From Haliotis rufescens (Eukaryota), in assembly GCF_023055435.1 (NCBI RefSeq), contig NW_025963802.1, forward strand, positions 2,480,001 to 2,544,000: DNA of 64,000 nucleotides. Reading direction: 5' to 3'. Shown piece by piece: positions 10,644 to 22,100 of this stretch. The notes beneath the pieces were generated by a model. That model made no database searches and had not been told where the DNA came from. It worked only from the letters and a program-made list of their open reading frames with translations. The position numbers and the translations under genes were made by a program. How positions within the stretch are numbered: the first letter of the stretch is position 1; each line of letters begins with the position of its first letter.

Positions 10644-11841
10644 TTCTAGTGTGTGTGTGTGTACTAGTCAAGACTAATGCCGATTTTATAGTGCTAGCCC
10701 ACTGAGATACAATCCCGCAGTTTAACACGAATAACCCACTCAGACACAGTATATCGACTCCGAGCCGACCAGTCCTTGTATCAGCCCCTTAATGCCAATA
10801 GCCAGGCAGGGTAACAAGTACCATATTTTAACGTCTTTTTTGGTATGACGCGACCGGGGATAGAACCCCCGACCTTCCGCTTTCCAGTACTGCCACAAGA
10901 CCACGTAGGCGGTCCGAAATAGTGAGTGAGTTGGGTTTAACGCCGCTTTTAACAGTATTCCAGTTATATCACGGCGTGTCAGCTTAATGTGGGAGGAAAG
11001 CCCGAAGTGATGCAGGTCTCAGACGTTTACCACTTCGGTGAAACCCACGAGCACGGGTATGGTGCTGACAAACCTAGAAACATAATCGGGGCGAACCGGG
11101 ATTCGAACCCACAATCATAGGTTTCTGGCGTGCCCAAGGGACGCAACTCTGCACAGCGAATGACGGCGCCTTAGACGACTGGGCTCCCCGTGCCCCCCGG
11201 TCCGAAATAAAGTGACGCGTGAGGCTGAATAAAATAATTCCACAAAAGGAGCCCTCAGGTATCTTACTTTACTGGAGCTGAAAATGGGCGGAGAACTGAT
11301 TTCTACAGCTAAGAATGGTATAATACAGCTAAGAATGGTATAAGAATGGTTGTTTCATAAAATGTCTAAAGATCTGTAAGAGAGACCAACAGAGTGCACC
11401 ATGACAAAAACTGATATATCATCGGACCAAGCATTTCTTGTCCCTCTCCCATGACATCTGATATTTTACGCTACAATCATCAATATGCAAGCTATGCCCC
11501 GTGCCCCGACAACGCGGGCTTTTACTGGTGCCAACGTGGGATAGACTACTGCCATTATTACTGGGGGCACTTTTCTGCCTCTGAATGCCTACGAGACTAT
11601 CTAAACATATTGACATATATGTCTCCTAACCTGATACGAAATGATCCGAACATATTTTGGTGTACTTTGTTGGGGAGTAGTTCTCCCTCCCGAGTTTAGC
11701 TATCCACTGGGCTCGTCGTTGCTCAGATAATTCTCGCGTTCGATCACCCTGGTTTATGATAACTGCAGGGATGGAATGATACGACTTCCCGTCCCGATTT
11801 GACCTGTTTGAACATCCTCTTACAGAACAGCAGTTCACCAT
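9652..11841 (-). CDS. THAP-domain protein, two exons (11841-11631; 9995 or 10028 to 9652), about 185-195 aa
   Basis: MVNCCSVRGCSNR...IP...W...ICSDHFVS|GKPTTLYDISSPDWIPSL gives a complete C2CH THAP signature including the AVP-like box after splicing. The donor is at 11630, and in-frame acceptors are at 9996-9997 and 10029-10030. Confidence 0.72.
10599..10661. repeat. (GT)n microsatellite, tail of the adjacent SINE
   Basis: Directly visible. Confidence 0.95.
10662..10915 (-). mobile_element. tRNA-derived SINE resembling molluscan Meta-domain SINEs
   Basis: Minus strand reads ...GTCATACCAAAAAAGACGTTAAAATATGGTACTTG...GCATTAAGG...AAGGACTGGTCGGCTCGGA...TCAGTGGGCTAGCACTATAAAA. A decayed copy is at about 23790-23990. 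The family name is from memory. Confidence 0.7.
10922..11198 (-). mobile_element. SINE family C with tRNA-Leu-like head
   Basis: Head GCCCAGTCGTCTAAGGCGCC...GTGGGTTCGAATCCC, shared GGAATACTG..AAAAGCGGCGTTAAAC tail, and 12-bp TSD CGGTCCGAAATA. Confidence 0.85.
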
Positions 11842-12272
11842 TACTGTCCTGGTGTCATGGCATCTCAAAAAACAAATCACGATTTCAGTGGTAGGTTATT
11901 GTTTCTATTTGACCTCAAACATGGCGGATTTTTCCCACAAATATGGCGGCACTAACAATCAGCATTATTCGAGGAACCCTTGGAGATCTCGGACAAATCA
12001 ATGAAGCCAAGCTCCTCACAGCTATCGCCCGTTCGCAGAGCTCTCTATACTATGTTACTGAGAGTGTAAACATGGTAAAGAAGGCGTCATGCGCTGGGAA
12101 GGAGTTTGCAAATGAAGCATTACAATGAAGCTCCTTGCAGTGATATGGCCCCATTACCTAATTTTCCCAGTATGTTGCATGTACTGCGTTAGAGCTTGTG
12201 CCGAATTATGCGGGGGAGGTTATCATCGGTATGTGCGAGTGTCAGATTCATTGAAGCCGCAGTTGGTCGAGG

Positions 12273-12354
12273 GGTAGCGTGGCCGAGCGGTCTAAGGCGC
12301 TGGTTTTAGGCACCAGTCTCTCCGGAGGCGTGGGTTCGAATCCCACCGCTGCCA
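12273..12354 (+). tRNA. tRNA-Leu (anticodon TAG)
   Basis: 82-nt GGTAGCGTGGCCGAGCGGTCTAAGGCGCTGGTTTTAGGCACCAG...GCTGCCA with a long variable arm and a T-run terminator at about 12360. Confidence 0.97.
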
Positions 12355-13135
12355 TCTGATTTTTTATTATGAAAGTCAGGAACTATCTTTCACTGTACAT
12401 TATATTTTCCCTATTATATAATTGCACCCAGAGACAGGTTATTTATGACGAAACTTCACAGTATGCGTGCACCAACCTGTCCAAGATTTATGTGAATTTG
12501 CTGAGGTTTTGCAAAGTTGCAGTTTCGACACGTTCAAAGGATGTGTGGCAATACATTTCGTGCAGAAAACAGGATAGAAATCTACAGAGAGAATGTATCT
12601 TAAGTTTTGGCAGCATCAGTGAGCTTGGGATTTGGCTCTTTTCAAAATACGACTGTGACGTCATACCTTTCGCGTCACAATGATGGAATGAGTATGGTTT
12701 TACGCCGCTTTTAGCAATATTCCTGTTGTAACATAAAGGCTGTTGTCGGTGGTGATTCCGTCATTCAGATCGACAACAGACTCAAAACACTGGACTCAAC
12801 CCATGCCCCTTCACTCATTAAAAGTCATTATATATAACATCAAAGAGTTCGCGTTTTGTTAAGTCATGGTAGAATCAAAGACGTATATACGTCCGTGGTA
12901 GAATGGACATAAACATACCGTGTTTTCAATGTAGAGCTAGGTTACCTGTAGATGAAAATTGAATTTGGAACCTCTACAAGCTCGACATAGAAAACACAGT
13001 ATGTTTATCTCGTAATCATATATGTCTGATTTCCCCAGTATGTTTTGACTGCATGCACTGAAGTCGAGCTGTTATAGAGATGTGCGGGGGAGGTAATCGG
13101 CATTTTCGATGGTTAGATTCATTAGCAGGTCATGA

Positions 13136-13217
13136 GGTAGCGTGGCCGAGCGGTCTAAGGCGCTGGTTTTAGGCACCAGTCTCTCCGGAGGCGTGGGTTC
13201 GAATCCCACCGCTGCCA
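13136..13217 (+). tRNA. tRNA-Leu (anticodon TAG)
   Basis: Identical to 12273-12354, with a T-run downstream. Confidence 0.97.
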
Positions 13218-13877
13218 TCGTATCTTTTTGTTTGAAAGTAACAATATTTTAGCGTGCATTATATTTGTTGTATCATTTTATTGTCCCCAGGTACCGGTTG
13301 TACCGGACAAACAGTCAAGCAAATTGATGGGGAGATAGAAGATCATTTATCGGCCACAACGCCTGTACATGTCACTTGCCAGATTTTCACGTGCCGATCA
13401 TTCCAGCTACCACCCATGACTATAGAGACTCGTTGTCATGCTAATATATCCCGGGCGAGATTATATTTCATTCAAATTTGTAAATCGTTTTTGTTTTATT
13501 TAATTTGCCTTTTGAAAAAAGGACGAGGTCTGATAAGGCCTCCCTTTGGCCCATTAGATGAGCGCTACTAACAACATGTCAATAATAAAAAAATGATAGA
13601 ACTCTTACATGCTTTGACACAAATCTCAAAAATCAAGAAGAAAGGCTAGTATGTTCTGAAGCGTTTTATGTTTACGTGGAGCATTTTTCTCATATTGGAA
13701 CATGATCTGACCCTTGGGCAAATGTGATTTTTATGAACCCCGATATGTTTATCCTCGTAGGTAATAAAACATAAGACATTTTTCGTCCGACATTCCGATT
13801 CTTTTCAGGGAAATATTTTTAATGCTTGTACATTTCATCAACATCCTTAAAGTGAACATAATGTTGTTACATCATAT

Positions 13878-14015
13878 AAGAAATAAACGACTCGTGGTCG
13901 TTGTTTATCGTACAATAAAACACTGCAGGGAAAATAAACCACTTGCCCCTCATGGTTTATACTCTCTGCAGTGTTTTATTGTACGATAAAAAAAACAAAC
14001 TCGTCGTTTATTTCT
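13878..14015. mobile_element. Short palindromic MITE-like element
   Basis: AAGAAATAAACGAC...TTTATCGTACAATAAAACACTGCAG is inverted as CTGCAGTGTTTTATTGTACGATAAA...GTCGTTTATTTCTT. Confidence 0.7.
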
Positions 14016-14930
14016 TAAATAATGTCAAGGACAATATTGTGGATTTGATTTCAGAACTAACACATAAACATGCAGTGGAAAATACCTGTAACGTTAAAGT
14101 CGTGCTTTCATTACGTTTACAAAGATGAATGTTTATCTTATTTCCAATTTTGATTTAACCTGTGATAATTGACGAAATCGTTTCAGCGATGAACTAAGAA
14201 CTTGCTTCAATGCAGAGTCAAATACAAGTGTAATTTCAACATGATCAGTCCCACGAAGCACCCTGTCACTGAAAGTAAGGGGCTGGGGCTGGGGCAAGAC
14301 AATAGAGACCGGAGAAACAATTGAGGCAAGCGCAAGGGTGACTGAGTTATTGTAATAGTGAGGCAGGTTAGATTGGGTGGTTGAGCAAGGACTAAGACTT
14401 TAAAATAGGAGCTGACATTAAAATACACTTCATGATAAATCACCCTACCACGGGTAAACAAACATTGGAGACTTATAAATTGATATTTGTTTTTTTACTG
14501 AAGTGAATTAAAAAGGCAAAAGTTGCAATATATATATTAGCCACATGTCATGAACGTAGCGCTACGACTGTCGTAAGCTAATGTTAAAGTATGGGAGTTA
14601 CGATCACCTTAGCGCTACGATCGCTTTGTGGAACGGGGCCATGAGTGTTCATTGCTCTCATTTTATACTGGTTTTAGTGATAGTACGCGCACCTACATTT
14701 GCGCTTTATAGACTTCACGTAAACTGGGAACCAGTCTATCACCACGTAGTACGCTTTGAGAAAAGCCATGTGTGGGATGTCAACCAGGGGTTATGGTTCT
14801 ATTATAGTTTTACCGTTTCATGTCAACAAAGAGTGAAACAACGCAATGAAATATCTCTTTTTCCCAAAGGCCATGCAATATTCATTGAGATGAACCTCTT
14901 AATCTTACCACGTCACATCATCGCCCAACT

Positions 14931-15012
14931 GGTAGCGTGGCCGAGCGGTCTAAGGCGCTGGTTTAAGGCACCAGTCTCTTCGGAGGCGTGGGTTCGAATC
15001 CCACCGCTGCCA
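14931..15012 (+). tRNA. tRNA-Leu (anticodon AAG)
   Basis: 82-nt cloverleaf with anticodon arm CTGGT-TT-AAG-GC-ACCAG and a T8 terminator at about 15018. Confidence 0.97.
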
Positions 15013-15496
15013 TCAGACTTTTTTTCCATTTGGATCTGAAAATAAAAACAATTGCATGGGTAACACTACGCACGAACACGTTCTTTTTTCATATGGATCT
15101 GAAAATAAAAACAACTACTCGGGTAACACTATGCATGAACACATTCAATGTATTTTAGTACTAAAGTATTGAAATACTGACATGGTTGCCTTTAACCCGT
15201 TCCCTTTCATCCTCCAGCATTTAGCATTATGCAAGCTTTGACTGTGTACATTTTAGCACGCACAAGAGGAAGCAATTTTAAACACGTTTAACTTCTTTCT
15301 TTCTATAAAATCGCTAAATGGATCTCACTCTGTTATGTTCAAGGACAAGTTATAGAAAGCATATGTACGCTGGTGTACAAATACGACTAGCAAAACTTTC
15401 CTTCCGTAGATAAAGCCTATTACTGCACGTTGTCACACAAGCATGCTTTCAAAGTATTTGCCAAACTATTGTAATCATTGGCCGGTCATTTGTTAC

Positions 15497-15497
<1 letters not shown>

Positions 15498-15527
<30 letters not shown>
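15498..15527. repeat. (GT)n microsatellite
   Basis: Directly visible. Confidence 0.95.
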
Positions 15528-15528
<1 letters not shown>

Positions 15529-15737
15529 TAGTCTTTTCTTTCATGTAACTAAAAGTAGCATCTATGAGGTTCATTTTATGGTTATTAACATTCATGGGGA
15601 CGTAGGATATTGAGGACCGTGTCATCTTGTTAAGTGGGGCGCAGTTGTGGTTCGGGGGTCCCTGGGGGCGGCAACGCCCCAGTCCTACCTCAAGTGGCAC
15701 CACTCGCTGTACAGCAACCCATGACAAAGAAACATTC

Positions 15738-15825
15738 CTTGCATGACAGCGGTATAAGGATCTATACCGAAAGGTCGCCTTTACAGTAAATAAAGAAGTT
15801 ATTATTCATAAATTATCTCCACTTT
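15738..15825 (+). mobile_element. Diverged copy of the Penelope-like hammerhead-bearing fragment
   Basis: TTGC-ATGACAG-C-GGTATA(loop)TATACC-GAAA-GGTC-GC ... AATAAAGAAGTT has the same layout as 5821-5890, with compensatory stem II changes. Confidence 0.5.
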
Positions 15826-16067
15826 GTCATCCGTCAACTTCTGGGCAATGCCTATGAAACAATTCAGCAAGCCATGGGTTTAGCGTTGCATGGGTTCGTT
15901 ATGTTGCCTGATGCTATGATCATGTTACAATGACTCTCTCTCTGCCTGAACGGGCAAGAGTTGTCATGTGATACGGGTAGGATTTGAGAAAAAACAAACT
16001 TGTACCTGACTCATAAACAACTGACTCAAAAACAGTCAGGCCATGGGAAAAACGTCTGCTTGACCCA

Positions 16068-16191
16068 TTTCCTTCCGCCGGAACTACGGATAGTCTGTGT
16101 AGGTTTACAACGCGCGTTCTTATTGGCCGTTGGTTCTTCGATTATCCAATAGCAGTCCACTTAACAACATTGTAGAAATAAAAGATTCAAG
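16068..16191 (+). promoter_or_regulatory. NOP56 core promoter / 5' UTR
   Basis: CTTCCGCCGGAACTAC, ATTGG at about 16122 and CCAAT at 16146, directly upstream of CAAGATG|GT. Confidence 0.55.
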
Positions 16192-19100
16192 ATGGTGGGT
16201 ACACGTGGTTTTGTATTTTCTCTAACAAATAAGGTTTTGAGCTATTTCCGTCATGGTAGGTAGACAAATATTAACATTTTTCTTTAACATCTGCCTCACA
16301 AGACATGGACGTGTACTTTTACATGAAATACAACAGTAACCATCTTGACATTCCCGAAACTAGAACCCTTTTGGGTGAAATCGCGATGTTGTGACCATGA
16401 CATGATGAATATTGTCTGCAGAGAACATACTCGCTGATATGTTCCCGCTCTTTCCCGGCGAAGGCTTGCCTGGAAAGGTTTTATGAGAGGAATCTGTAAA
16501 CTTTTATCCGAGCGCATGCTGTGTCCTGTCAGCGCAATTGATTCCAGGGCCCGGATACCGATCACCAACATTGCTCCAAATCCACTCTTCAAATGCATCA
16601 ACATACTGTGGCATACGCACATGCTCCAGCGCGAAGCCTCTGTTCGTCAAAATAACGCGAAGCGTAATATAATTATTAATGCATTTATAATTGTGAATAT
16701 ACAAAGACGTATATAGGTATGTACGTCTTTGGATTATGTTTAGGATCTGTTTGACACAATAGAATCACAAAAACAAGCTATGCACCTGAAGAAAAAATAT
16801 TCAGTAGCAGAAAATACATACTTGTGCGTACATCTTTGATCCTTAGGACAGTTTAGGTTTGTTGTGTAACTTGTGTTGCCCAAATCTTTCCGAGCCTTTT
16901 GATCCTTGACTAAAAAAGTGATGAACAGATATTATAGTGGACCTGTTTAGGTGAATTAAACATCCATTGAAACTTGGGAGATTTTACTGAAGTGAGTGAC
17001 TGTGGCTGACCTCAATCCTCTTTCAGTATTATTGGCCATCACGTCTGTTTCACTAAAATATTGTTTCAGTAACTTTTAGTATGTTTTTACGGTGTAAATA
17101 CTTAAGTCCTTGAATGGTATTTAAAGGTCTTCCTTATGTAAATACTTGACACTGAAAAATGCCACATTTGTGATCAACTTTGTCTGCACTTTTTTAATCA
17201 TGATACTAATAGGTAGTTTCTCTGAGTAATAGCCAATATTGAATGAGATTGAAATTACAAATTGTGTAGACATGTCAACATGTATATAAATGTTAACTCA
17301 ATATGCTTGCTTAGCTTTAACCTGATCAAGGGGCAAGAAATATCTGTGAAATGTCATTACAAGCACTAAAGACATTGTTATTTATTAATAGCTGTGGTAA
17401 CAATTTCACTGTGCTGCACCCTATAAACGTTTTCTGTGTAGCGACAAATCATTTATAGAGAGCAGACAGATAGGCATCTTCCCAAGGCAAGGGAGTTAAC
17501 TGACTGTAGTTTTCATCCTTGCCAAACTAGGCTAGTATTATGGAGTTATACGTAGGCTGGACTGAGTCTTTGCATAGTCCAATAAAAATTGTGCAAAGAA
17601 ATTGGCATCTGGTTCGTAAACTGTAGATTTCGGTTGATTGCGGGATTTGTAAAGCATGTGCACCGCCAACTCGGCATTGACAGATATTTTCCAAATGATT
17701 TCATGTTTTTAATCAAGGTGCTCACTTGATTTGATGCATTTCACGATTTAACACTCGTTTTATCACAATATAGATCTTGATTATTGATCAGATCGTCTTG
17801 ACTGGGCGTCGTCATTTTGTTTGAAGCAAATGCAAGTGATATGAAAGGTGGAATCTGATTGGTCAGTAGAAGAGGCATAGAAGGGACGTAACTCGTAATT
17901 GCCACCAGTGGCACTACGATCGAGCCCAGAAATTCCAGCCTAGTTTGGCAAGGGTGGAAAATGGACTTTTATATTCACTTAACTCCCTTGCCTCGGGAAG
18001 ATGAGAGATAGGTTACTTCAACTAATCCTTAAAAAGTGTCATGTCATCATGATCTGCCAACTTCATAGATCCGGGTACTAACAATACACTATTTGATGTA
18101 TAAAACTTTGACTGTAAAACTTTGACGTATGGTTGTATGATGACCATAGACAATAGACATGTTCAGACATCAGTATGATCAACAAATTCTCTTTTCTCAA
18201 CTGAACTGGAATTCACTATATATCCTGTCATGGATTTTGTACATTCAACCATGTAGTTAACCATATTCTGCTCTCAGCATAAAACATAATTTATTTATCA
18301 AATATTAAACAACAAAAACTGTCCTTTTATGTATTCATGACACTAATGAGTGATATTTATGAAATTGAAAAATATTTTGCAAACGAAAACAATGGAATCC
18401 ATTGTTATGACAAAAAATGGAAGCAACCGACTACTGCTACCCTCTGTCCACAATCAATTGAATCATGATAACAAGTGACATGTTCATAAATTATTTTATT
18501 AATGTTTAAGTAAAACTACTGTCTTCTTCAAACTTATTCAAGCCTTCCTTTATTTGTTTTTATCATGTCTGCTACTTTGATTGTAAATGTATTTGCCCAC
18601 TTGTTATATTTGTTAACATGTATTTTAGAACGGAATATAATCTCTGAAAAAAATATATTCACCTTAAATTTTATAATTAGCAATAATCATTTCATGCATG
18701 TATTTTGAATTGTCAGGAATCAGTGAGCCGAAATTGAGTGTCATAACAATATTTGTGCTCATGCTGTCAAGCATTTGTTGCTGGCTGGTCGGATTATAAT
18801 AATTACAATTAATTAATTAATAATAATAATGAGTTATAATTTACATGTTGCTCTGATGTAACAGGAATACTCAAACTACATTCACTCCCTCGGACTCAAT
18901 CTCACCTGTAATCTGTACTTACATTGCAGGCACAGAGTCTGTACACGCTGTATGAGCATGCCTCAGGGTACGCTCTGTTTCGTGTACGGGAGTTCGAGGA
19001 GGTGGCGATGTTACAGCCGCAAGTGGAGCAAAGTGTGACCGACCTCAGCAAGTTCAACTCCATTGTAAAACTGGTGGCCTTCTCCCCATTCAAGAGTGGA

Positions 19101-22100
19101 ACCAATGCTCTTGACAACATTAATAGTATCTCTGAAGGTGAGACCTAGCGGTACATGCATGAGGGTAGTGAGACCTAGCAGTACATACACGAGGGTAGTG
19201 AGAACTAGCGGTACATGCACGAGAGTAGTGAGGCCTAGCAGTACATGCACAAGGGTAGTGAGACCTAGCGGTACATGCACGAGGGTAGTGAGACCTAGCA
19301 GTACATACACGAGGGTAGTGAGACCTAGCAGTACATGCATGAGGTTAGTGAGACCTAGCAGTACATGCATGAGGGTAGTGAGACCTAGCGGTACATGCAT
19401 GAGGGTAGTGAGACCCAGTGGTACATGCACGAGGGTAGTGAGACCTAGCGGTACATGCATGAGGATAGTGAGACCTAGCGATACATGCATGAGGATAGTG
19501 AGACCTAGCGGTACATGCATGAGGGTAGTGAGACCTAGCGGTACATGCATGAGGGTAGTGAGACCTAGCAGTACATGCACAAGGGTAGTGAGACATAGCG
19601 GTACATGCATGGGGATAGTGAGACCTAGCGGTACATGCATGAGGGTAGTGAGACCTAGCGGTACATGCACGAGGGTAGTGAGACCTAGCGGTACATGCAC
19701 GAGGATAGTGAGACCTAGCGGTACATGCATGAGGGTAGTGAGACCTAGCGGTACATGCATGAGGGTAGTGAGACCTAGCGGTACATGCACGAGGGTAGTG
19801 AGACCTAGCGGTACATGCATGAGGGTAGTGAGACCTCGCGGTACATGCACGAGGGTAGTGAGACCTAGCGGTACATGCATGAGGGTAGTGAGACCTAGCG
19901 GTACATGCATGAGGGTAGTGAGACCTAGCGGTACATGCATGAGGGTAGTGAGACCTAGCGGTACATGCATGAGGGTAGTGAGACCATGTACACTTACAGA
20001 CCGGGTGCACATTGCAGGTCAGCTCTTTCTGGTAGTTACTCTGAAGTAACTTAGTTAGATCTACACATCATTCACTCATAGAGTTCAGTCACAATTTTTT
20101 CCTTTTTGTTTTGATATTTTGAGACCAAGTTGTTACATATATATATTTAACCTCGAAATGTTATTTTGTGGCCCTAAAAATAGACAACAAAGATCTATAA
20201 GGTACTTTATTTGCCGGTCCATAGGAACTGTTAGTCACATGAATTACCGATCCAAGCCTAATTCTACCAGTAGAAAACTGGCAATTACTGGTAAACGGGT
20301 GCGCTTAAAACATAGGAGATAAATCAAGGACTGGTCAGCTGACGCTAAACTCCATTTTATGCTCTCTACGTATACGATATCCCCACTATATACTCCCTAC
20401 ATGTGCAATATCCCCACTATATAATCCCTACATGTGCAATATCCCCACTATAGCCCCTCTGTGTATACATCTAACAGGGTTGTTGCACGAGGACCTGCGT
20501 CTGTTCCTGGAGACGAATGTGCCGAAAGCTGGCAAGAAGGAGAAGATAATTGTTGGTGTTGGTGATGCCAAGATTGGTGCGGCCATTTCAGAGGAACTTA
20601 GCATTTCTTGTCAACATATTGGTGTGGTGCCCGAGATTATCAGAGGTATGTTTCTGAGTCAGATTTTTCCCCCTAGTTCTCCAATGTCAAATGCAACGGG
20701 GATTATGTGTTAGAATTGGTCCCCAGCTACCTATGCTGGACGTAAGAGGGGATCCAATGGATCACTGGTCAGGCTTGGTGACTTGGTAGATTGTGTATCA
20801 TTATAAAGAATGGCATGGATCGCTGCTCACAACATCCATTAATGTTTGGTCCAAACTTGATTGATATCTTTAGACCACTGGAATATTGGTGACTGCCTCG
20901 TTGAACATCAAAACAAACAAACAAAAATACAATGAATTTAGAGATTTACAATGTATTGTTTTGCTTCTGTTCTTTTCTTTTCTTTTTTTGTATACAAAAT
21001 GAAAGATTATATAATTATTAAACAATACTTCTTCACTGAATTATGCTCCTTGCCATGGTTGTCTTTTGTTCACTGTAGAAAGACATGATCTGTAGTCACT
21101 TGAAGCACATGCATTATTGGAGGGTTCTCATCTCTTGAAAATGTAGCTGGTAATTAGTCGTGATTGCCACCCTACTGGTAATCATTGAAATCACTTTAGT
21201 TTTGCCAGAAATTTTATCTTGGTTTTACACAAATTAAAAAGTTATGGCATCCCACCGACTTTATGATGACATCATTTGAATATCTGAATCATTCTCAACA
21301 GTCCATATCTTCCTATTTTCACAGGAATACGTGTCCACTTTCCCAACCTCGTCAAGGGTTTGACTGACAAGTCGGCATCCAAAGCTCAGCTTGGCCTTGG
21401 ACACAGCTATTCCAGGGCCAAGGTCAAGTTCAACGTAAACCGTGTGGATAACATGATTATCCAAAGCATCAGCCTCCTCGACCAGCTGGATAAAGATATA
21501 AACACCTTCTCCATGAGGATCAAGTAAGTATGCCCAGAAAATATCCTCCATGTGTATTATTTACAGCTGGTGAAAAAGTTCATGTTTTCTCAATGACAGT
21601 TTATTATTTATCAGATGGATGGATGAAATCCGTTCCTATATCCCCCGCCCCACTTTGTGGCGGGGGATATAGGAACAGATTTCGTCCATCCATCTGACTT
21701 TCCGTCTGTCTGTCCGCTTCACAAAGGGGACAAATTTTCTCAAAAACTATTTAAGTTAGGGAAGGATATTTGTTCGATGCGTAAAACGCTGGTTTGTTTG
21801 GCAGTATTCCAGCTATAATACAGGTGCCTATTAATAATCATGTCTTCACCATACGAACCAGTGACTGATATTATGAGTGTCCCATGCTGTCAGTGTATGA
21901 TGACCCACTTTCAACGGAGCCTGTCCACCTGATAACTAGTTGGCATAGGTTGCTGGGGACTAATTTAATCCCAAATCCCCATGGAAGCTGGTATTTGTTA
22001 TTAATATAGGGTTAAAATTTTAATGTCGGGGTTAAAAAGTAGATGCACCAGTATAACAGTTACTGTACTAATTGCTATTTGCAGAGAATGGTACTCGTAC

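Noticed and set aside
14581-15039. 152-aa ORF overlapping tRNA-Leu(AAG)
   Set aside because: It is a chance frame running through a MITE fragment and the tRNA.
19011-20049. ORFs of 221-333 aa in the 30-bp repeat
   Set aside because: A unit length divisible by 3 gives open frames trivially; the NOP56 frame stops at TAG immediately.
21896-21945. ATGATGA...CTGA box C/D pair in NOP56 intron 4
   Set aside because: It lies within a decayed minus-strand family B retroposon.
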